This document shows positions 7,685-13,162 of a stretch of 13,162 nucleotides of DNA, in pieces (the stretch's first letter is position 1; the number at the start of each line of letters is the position of its first letter). This stretch comes from Paramoeba atlantica. Taxonomy: Eukaryota; Protista; Discosea. The notes under the pieces were generated by a model that was not told where the DNA came from, did not search any database, and worked only from the letters and a program-made list of their open reading frames with translations. Where the stretch lies: the NCBI GenBank assembly GCA_977017575.1, contig CDRNVI010000117.1:1-13162 (forward strand), read 5' to 3'. The position numbers and the translations under genes are program-made.

Positions 7685-7823
7685 AGGCAAGGCCCAAGTG
7701 TGAGCGAAGCCCACTTCTACGAGCAAGGCCCCAGTTTGCGAGCAAGGCCCAACTGTGAGCGAAGCCCACTTCTGGAAGCATAAGCCCCCGTTTGCGAGCA
7801 AGGCCCAACTGTGAGCGTAGCCC
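7685..7823. repeat. Minisatellite of ~17-21-bp units with a three-unit higher-order period (~55 bp)
   Basis: Eight units related to GAGCAAGGCCCAACTGT, arranged A-B-C-A-B-C-A-B. The 30-bp block 7672-7701 recurs at 7920-7949 (28/30 identical). Confidence 0.85.
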
Positions 7824-7949
7824 TGGGACAAAATTATATTTTTTGGCGCGCTGGAGCGCGCGGGTCGCGAACTGAGAACCTATGTCTGCCGCTTCCGCAG
7901 GAGTGGCTGTATGACTTACTTTACGTGTCTAGAGGCAAGGCCCAACTGT

Positions 7950-8233
7950 CAGTGAATGAAGCATCCTGAAATATGCATGTCTCGTGAACCGTGTCATGAA
8001 TCTCAAATAAGTGGATCAACTTGACTATCGTTATGCGACTCAAAGTACATTCGCGCGCCACTTCCTGCAGAGACAGGCCTTGAATCACACCATACAAAAC
8101 TTTGAGTGTATCCTTAATGCTTCTTTTCGTTTTGAAGTTAAACAAGGGTTCCATTGCACTGTAGCGCTCTCTGCATTCTACTGAATCCATATAAGGATAG
8201 AAATCCACGCCGAGGGGCTCCCTGGAAACATGT
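7950..8233 (-). pseudogene. Zn-ribbon + HTH protein, copy B (diverged homolog of copy A)
   Basis: TCFQGAPR, then after a shift SVECRERYSAMEPLFNFKTKRSIKDTLKVLYGVIQGLSLQEVARECTLSRITIVKLIHL. It shares EPL...KVLYG and the HTH pattern with 5084-5408. Confidence 0.5.
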
Positions 8234-8924
8234 ACATGAAAACATACATGTATATGAATAAACAAACATATATAAATAAACAAGTATGAATAATCCAATC
8301 TTACTCTCAAATTGTACCAAAACATATCGTAGATAATTCACACGCACAAACACAGATAAAAGGAAACACGCCTGCATAGAACAAAAACAATCAATGTCAC
8401 GTTGTTAACGGGGTTCCCCCCCACCGGAACCCTCGGCCAACCTGCCCACACACACGTCACACAATCAAATATAAATGACAAAAGAAATGCCCATTCACAT
8501 AGTAAGATTGCTTCAAACTTCCCAGAACTCATAAAAGGATAACGATAGCAATAGATGACCAGTCCACTGCCACGCCCTCTACAAGCTCACACGAGCTAAA
8601 CAGGTTACGCTTTCAACCTCTGCCCATGCACCAACTTGGGACCTAGAAGTGTGGAGCAACTAGGCGTGGTGTACGGCCGTGTCAACAGTGACGCGGCTAA
8701 AAAACATTAAGGCGCTAATCGTAGAGTAAAGGAAACCTTTACTCATCTTTACCTCACATTGGGGAACCTTGCTTCCGAAAAGGAAACAAGGCGTGAGAAT
8801 AAAGCCTGTTAACATCCATAACCTTCCAAAATTATAGGGACAACCTCCATACCCCAGGACCCCGTCAGCTTTTTTCTTTTTCTTTTTTTCTTGTCTTTTT
8901 TTTTGTATTTGGTGATCCTGTCCC

Positions 8925-9389
8925 CTAGGGTTTTTCCTCAAAATGACTGTCTACCTTACCACTGTGATTATGATTAATGTATTTCTCGATCGTTCCTCTA
9001 TATCTCTCCACCTTCTCCTTCTCAACCTCCTTCCCACGACTGACAACATCCGCCGGGTTCTCATCCGTGGATATGTACGCTGCCTTCACGCAAATACCTT
9101 TCTCCTCTGTCAGTCGCAGGACTTCGCGCAATTCCATCGAAACCCCCTCTGACTTGGAGATCCTCCTGTTCAGTGCAGCCTGACAGGAGGTGTTATCAAC
9201 AAAAACATCCAAGCAGGTTCCACGGGGGCAATGCGCGGAAAACTTCTCGAGGGCTAAGCGGACTGCTGCAGCTTCCGCACGATTCACCTCATACGAGGAG
9301 GACTCAGGCCACGCCTCTCCCGTAATCAAAACCTCTCCGCTGTCTAAATACATAATCGCTCCCCATCCTTTCACCGAGGCATCGGTGTA
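8925..9389 (-). pseudogene. RNase H domain of element 2 (3' part of the split RT-RH ORF)
   Basis: YTDASVKGWGA, VNRAEAAAV, VFVDNTS and ENPADVVSRG form a complete D-E-D-D set of DIRS/VIPER-type RNase H motifs. Confidence 0.92.
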
Positions 9390-9417
9390 CAACCCCGTTC
9401 CAGTGGTTTTGGGACTA
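9390..9417. repeat. Left TIR of the Tc1 element
   Basis: CAACCCCGTTC-CAGTGGTTT-TGGGACTA, preceded by TA. Confidence 0.9.
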
Positions 9418-9631
9418 TCCCCACATTCATGTATATGAGAGAAAGGGCAAAAGAACGGTGTATTCGTGCAGATCTAGTTGAGGGTATCACCGGAAAAATG
9501 CTTGTAGACAAAACAAATATATAATATTACCTTAAAAAGTACCCTGAAAAGTCAAAATTCCCTTTAAAAAATGAACTTTTCTGAGTATAATTTTTAGCAA
9601 TGGTCTAAAAATATCATAAGACAAAGGTGTT

Positions 9632-11797
9632 TTAATATCGAATTTTATGTCCATCGGCAGCAATACACATTTCTAAACGTTTTTTAAATGTGTTATGCAA
9701 CTTCTTGGCCGTCGCCCTACCCTCAAGAGAGAGAAAATAACTTTGAGACACTCTTTTTATCCCAGACGTGCGAGGAAACGTCTGGTTCTTTGCATGCCGA
9801 ATTCTTGCCCAAAAGTTTTCAATGGGATTTAGATCCGGGGAGTCTGCGGGCCACCGGAAAGGATTTACGTCCTCTACGCCAGACATGTACCGCAAACATT
9901 GTGCGTAATGTCCGGAAGCAACATGCCTTTTCCACCACAGCTGTGTCTTCTTACTCGTATGCGGCGAGGCTCCATCATCCATGTAAACCGCGGTGGGGTT
10001 TACCTCACAGTATCGAACCCACTCTGCATCAAGAATTTCGCGACGATAATATAGGCTCCCGAGTTTTAGTTGATCAGGAAGCGTTTCACGCTTTTCCCCA
10101 GGCTGCACAGGGCGGCTTATCTCGTTCGCATAAAAGGACGCGAAATTGTCACACCAGTGAAATATAAAATTGCCTTGATTGTCGATACCTCCCCATATCA
10201 TGACCTTAATGGGGTGAAAGTCTCTGTTACGCGCAACTCGATCATATCGACTTTGCCAGGTAGACGTGGAAGAATCCCCTTCACAGACGAATGTCTCATC
10301 AGTAAAGACGAGTTTCTCAAAGAACTGGCCTTCAGTTCGTTCATTTTCTTGTAGCATCGCCTTACAAAAATTAACGCGGGCCTCCCGCTTGCGAGCAGTG
10401 AGATGCAAAGTTCGTTTTTTTGATCCATAAGAATAGTCATAATAGTAAAGTAACGCACGCATTCTGTGGCGCGAAACCTGGATAGACCCCTCGCTTTGTT
10501 TTTCCATAGCCCTGCGTAGATAATTGAGGGAACGATGTACTGGATTCTCGGCCATAACGCGGGCAAAAAGTTTCTTCGCCTCGTCGGCGCTGCCCCACTC
10601 TGATATAGTTCGACGCACTGTCTCAATTTTTTGGAGGCGCAGCGTGACATTTATAGATTGACCGTCAATTTTTCTAATCAAGCGACTGCACGTTTGCTTC
10701 GGCAAGATAAACATATAGCAAAGATCCGCTTGACAGAACAAACCTGTTTGATATAAACCTTTCAAAAGAAACAACCCAGATTCAGTTAAACTGCCAGGCT
10801 GTTTGAAAAGAACAGTTAGATAGCGTTTTCTTTCATTTTTCTTTTTCATCGGACGACCTCTTTTCTTTCCAACGCTTCGCTCTTTTTTTTCAAGCAGTGA
10901 TGCGCGACGGAACTCGCTTACTATTTTAAGTGTTTTCTGCCGCTCGCACATTAAGTGATTGAAACGTTTTTTCAGGTCCTGACACTCTGTGCGAGCGCTT
11001 GCGTTGTCCCTTTTTAATGTTTCCACTTTGATCTCCATTTCTGTTTTCCGCTTTTCGGTCTCCAAAAAGTCTTCCTTCTGCTTACTTCCACGCTTTTCAA
11101 GAGTCTTCACTTTGCGTTTAGTCTTGCAAAGTTTGTTGCGCAGCCTCTTGATAACTGCATCCTTGGCACTGATTTTTTTCTCCAAAGATTTTAATTGATC
11201 ATCTCTTGGATCTGGAATTAACTGATTGGTTGGTTGTTTGGAATCTGGTTCTTCCATTTCAGGGGGTAAACTATCAGAGAAGGTGTTGTCAACAGCTGGG
11301 TGGGATATATCGGAGCGAACGTCCTTAATATCACGTATCGCTTCCAACAGCTTGGCATCAAATCCTGGAGACAACGATCCACTTCTTTGAAAACGGTCTG
11401 GTGAAAAAGATGGAATGCGAGAGCGGGTCGAAGAGCAAACACGGCGTGCAGGAGAAAGTAAGAGAGGGGAAAGTGGGAGAGGGGAGGAAACGTTACTTTC
11501 GCTAGCAGAAGAATACGAAGATTCCGAAGAAGAATACGAAGATTCCGAAGAAGAAGAAGAATACGAAGATTCCGAGCCACTGGAAGTTGAGTAGCTGGAT
11601 GAACTAGACAATACACGTACGTCGTCGTGCGGCGAATCATATCCTAGAGAAGCACACGAACCATTCGACGAAAAAGAAGACGATTCTTGTGATTCAGAGA
11701 AATCTGAGTCCATTTCATCTGATGGGTTCCAATCAGAATCATTTTCATCCGAAAGAGTGACCCCGCTCGACAGCTCTTCGCTATCGCTAGAATTCAT
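9632..11797 (-). CDS. Tc1-family DDE transposase (DD51E), 721 aa, with a long Ser/acidic and coiled-coil N-terminal extension
   Basis: KKRGRPMKKK, LTARKREARVNFCK, VFTDET, KVMIWGGI, YMDDGASPH and WPADSPDLNPIENFW. The frame is uninterrupted from ATG to TAA. Confidence 0.95.
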   Translation of the reverse strand: MNSSDSEELSSGVTLSDENDSDWNPSDEMDSDFSESQESSSFSSNGSCASLGYDSPHDDVRVLSSSSSYSTSSGSESSYSSSSSESSYSSSESSYSSASESNVSSPLPLSPLLLSPARRVCSSTRSRIPSFSPDRFQRSGSLSPGFDAKLLEAIRDIKDVRSDISHPAVDNTFSDSLPPEMEEPDSKQPTNQLIPDPRDDQLKSLEKKISAKDAVIKRLRNKLCKTKRKVKTLEKRGSKQKEDFLETEKRKTEMEIKVETLKRDNASARTECQDLKKRFNHLMCERQKTLKIVSEFRRASLLEKKERSVGKKRGRPMKKKNERKRYLTVLFKQPGSLTESGLFLLKGLYQTGLFCQADLCYMFILPKQTCSRLIRKIDGQSINVTLRLQKIETVRRTISEWGSADEAKKLFARVMAENPVHRSLNYLRRAMEKQSEGSIQVSRHRMRALLYYYDYSYGSKKRTLHLTARKREARVNFCKAMLQENERTEGQFFEKLVFTDETFVCEGDSSTSTWQSRYDRVARNRDFHPIKVMIWGGIDNQGNFIFHWCDNFASFYANEISRPVQPGEKRETLPDQLKLGSLYYRREILDAEWVRYCEVNPTAVYMDDGASPHTSKKTQLWWKRHVASGHYAQCLRYMSGVEDVNPFRWPADSPDLNPIENFWARIRHAKNQTFPRTSGIKRVSQSYFLSLEGRATAKKLHNTFKKRLEMCIAADGHKIRY
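11507..11575 (-). repeat. In-frame 21-bp tandem repeat x3 encoding SESSYSS
   Basis: AGAAGAATACGAAGATTCCGA at 11507-11527, 11528-11548 and 11555-11575. Confidence 0.9.
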
Positions 11798-12033
11798 ATG
11801 TCGTTAAAGGAAAAAGATCGGGAGTAATGTTAAAAACTGGTTAAATTTTCTCAATAATTCTTACGAAAACTCTAAAAGTCACATTAAATGCACAAAAAAG
11901 AGGATAAAATACAAATAATTAAAATATTAGTCTTTTGCGCCTTTCGACACTATTTTTGCGGTCTTCTCTGTAGTAATGTGAGGAAGCCTGAAAAAAAATT
12001 ATCAAAAAACAAGACGCGTAGCTCTCTAAAGGT

Positions 12034-12060
12034 TAGTCCCATTTTTGATGAACGGGGTTG
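12034..12060. repeat. Right TIR of the Tc1 element
   Basis: The reverse complement is CAACCCCGTTC-ATCAAAAA-TGGGACTA. TA follows on the + strand. Confidence 0.9.
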
Positions 12061-12985
12061 TAGAGACGATGCTTGTGTGGAACAACATCGGGATGGGGAG
12101 GTGGAGACCGTGGAACATTTTCCAGCAACTCGTTTCTCCACTCTGCTAGCATGGAGCGAGTGACGACAGGGAGTGCGACCGGACGGTCACATAACTTCGG
12201 GCAACGGTTCAACAAGTTGATACGCCGTTGCGCCACCTTCAAAGCGAAATAAAATCGCGGCATATTGAGTCGGAGAACTGCGGAGCCATAAATGAGGCTC
12301 CCCACCACCGCCTCTAGGTCAACAAAGGAAATGTTGAAGAAAGAGTCGGCTCGCAGTTTCCTGATCACTCGCGGTCCCAGGCAGACCGTATGCGCGTTAT
12401 GGTCGAACGCCACCCCATTAAACACGTACTGTGCTACAGGGGGCTGACCCTGATCTTTAAAAAGACCGTTCGCCTTGTCGCAACGCTCGTCGATGAACTG
12501 AGCGTACGTGGTGGCCTCGGAGTTGGTTCCTGCAAACCGAACTCCGTCAACATAAACGTCGATAGCGCCTCGGTGAAACGAGTAGCGCTGAGAACAAATC
12601 GACGCCTCGCCAGCAATCGCGGCGGTAACAGTGTGCATAACCTCCGGTGCACACCTATGGCCCATCGGGAGGACGTTCATCTCATACACGTCTCCACTGT
12701 TCGTTCTAAGGCGGAATTTGGGCCGCGCCCTCTTTGGGATACCAATCTGGTAAAACCCCCACGTGAAGTCCCGCTTCACAGCCATCGGCTCGTGCGCCGT
12801 ATTTGGAGGGATGATATAATGGGACCTTTGGTTCATATGCTTTAAGTCTGTCATTGTCGTCCCGTGTCCACGAAATAAACCTTCTGCGCTGATTGCCCTC
12901 ATCATCGGTCTCCACAGCCGTGAAGGGAATCATGAACTGCATCGATGGGCGCTTTCTCAACTCCTGCACCTTATCTATGACGTCT
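12061..12985 (-). pseudogene. Reverse transcriptase of element 2 (frameshift near 12800; N-terminus missing)
   Basis: PFTAVE...RRRFISWT...VPLYHPSKY, then after a shift KRDFTWGFYQI, LPMGHRCAPEVMH, DVYVDGVRFAG (YVDG 12543-12554) and VFNGVAFDH. It ends in HKHRLY at the Tc1 insertion. Confidence 0.9.
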
Positions 12986-13162
12986 CAGCTTCTTTAGAAG
13001 AAGTGGCGTGATTGGTAGCATCTGCCGCGTGGGTTCTAGCCCCCCTGCGCCTGCAGGGCCTTTACGTAGAGACTCAATGGGGTACCTTCGATTCCCATGA
13101 GCTCGAACAGAGTCCTCAATGCCCCTGCGTATCCCATGCGCGTCGAGGTAGCGAGAGGCAGA
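12986..13162 (-). pseudogene. N-terminal fragment of the element 2 tyrosine recombinase
   Basis: LATSTRMGYAGALRTLFELMGIEGTPLSLYVKALQAQG, then after a 1-bp loss in the G run at 13040-13045 GLEPTRQMLPIT. This aligns with element 1 YR YMKSLQRQGALVPENQAPPAT. Confidence 0.7.

Larger units (their letters stand above)
9390..12060 (-). mobile_element. Full-length 2671-bp Tc1-type DNA transposon
   Basis: TA duplication at 9388-9389 and 12061-12062. TIRs at 9390-9417 and 12034-12060. One long transposase ORF. Excision restores the host RT-RH frame. Confidence 0.95.
8250..13162 (-). mobile_element. Degenerate tyrosine-recombinase retrotransposon 2 (TATE-like), interrupted by a Tc1 and internally deleted
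   Basis: A YR N-terminal fragment, RT and RNase H are colinear on the minus strand. The 3' boundary (~8250) is only inferred from where copy B similarity begins. The 5' part runs off the window. Confidence 0.8.

Noticed and set aside
7685-7823. CRISPR array
   Set aside because: The units are contiguous and degenerate, with no unique spacers and no cas genes, and the context is eukaryotic.
8230-8930. Telomeric repeats or terminal/split direct repeats marking the ends of the YR elements
   Set aside because: I found no (TTAGGG)n arrays and no repeat shared between the visible 5' region of element 1 and any 3' region, so the element ends remain undefined.
8660-8941. 93-aa lysine-rich ORF after RNase H
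   Set aside because: The lysine run is simply an A-rich tract in the presumed 3' UTR, and no motif supports a protein.
9688-10650. ORFs 9688-10167 (+), 10070-10354 (+), 10198-10650 (-) and 11218-11640 (-)
   Set aside because: These are alternative-frame or antisense by-products of the transposase CDS with no recognisable motifs.

Overview
A eukaryotic, probably protist, nest of transposable elements with no intact host gene. Two degraded tyrosine-recombinase (YR) retrotransposons of the VIPER/TATE type lie on the minus strand. Element 1 (~77-3948) has the order ORF1 - YR - RT/RNase H. Element 2 (~8250 to the right edge) keeps a YR N-terminal fragment, RT and RNase H. A complete Tc1-type DNA transposon (9390-12060) has TA duplications, imperfect 27/28-bp TIRs and an intact 721-aa transposase with an unusual DD51E spacing. 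It sits exactly in the Tyr codon of element 2's RNase H YTDAS motif, and removing it restores the frame. Element 1 is broken by a 317-bp structured SINE-like insert with a perfect 12-bp target duplication, by a TACATGTA Tc1-type excision footprint, and probably by a second Tc1 end at 1-76. The middle region (4000-8250) holds degenerate Merlin/IS1595-like pieces (one catalytic-domain remnant and two Zn-ribbon/HTH copies), a segment bounded by 40-bp GG-initiated inverted repeats, hairpins and a higher-order minisatellite. All family assignments come from motif recognition by eye, and the host cannot be identified from this window.
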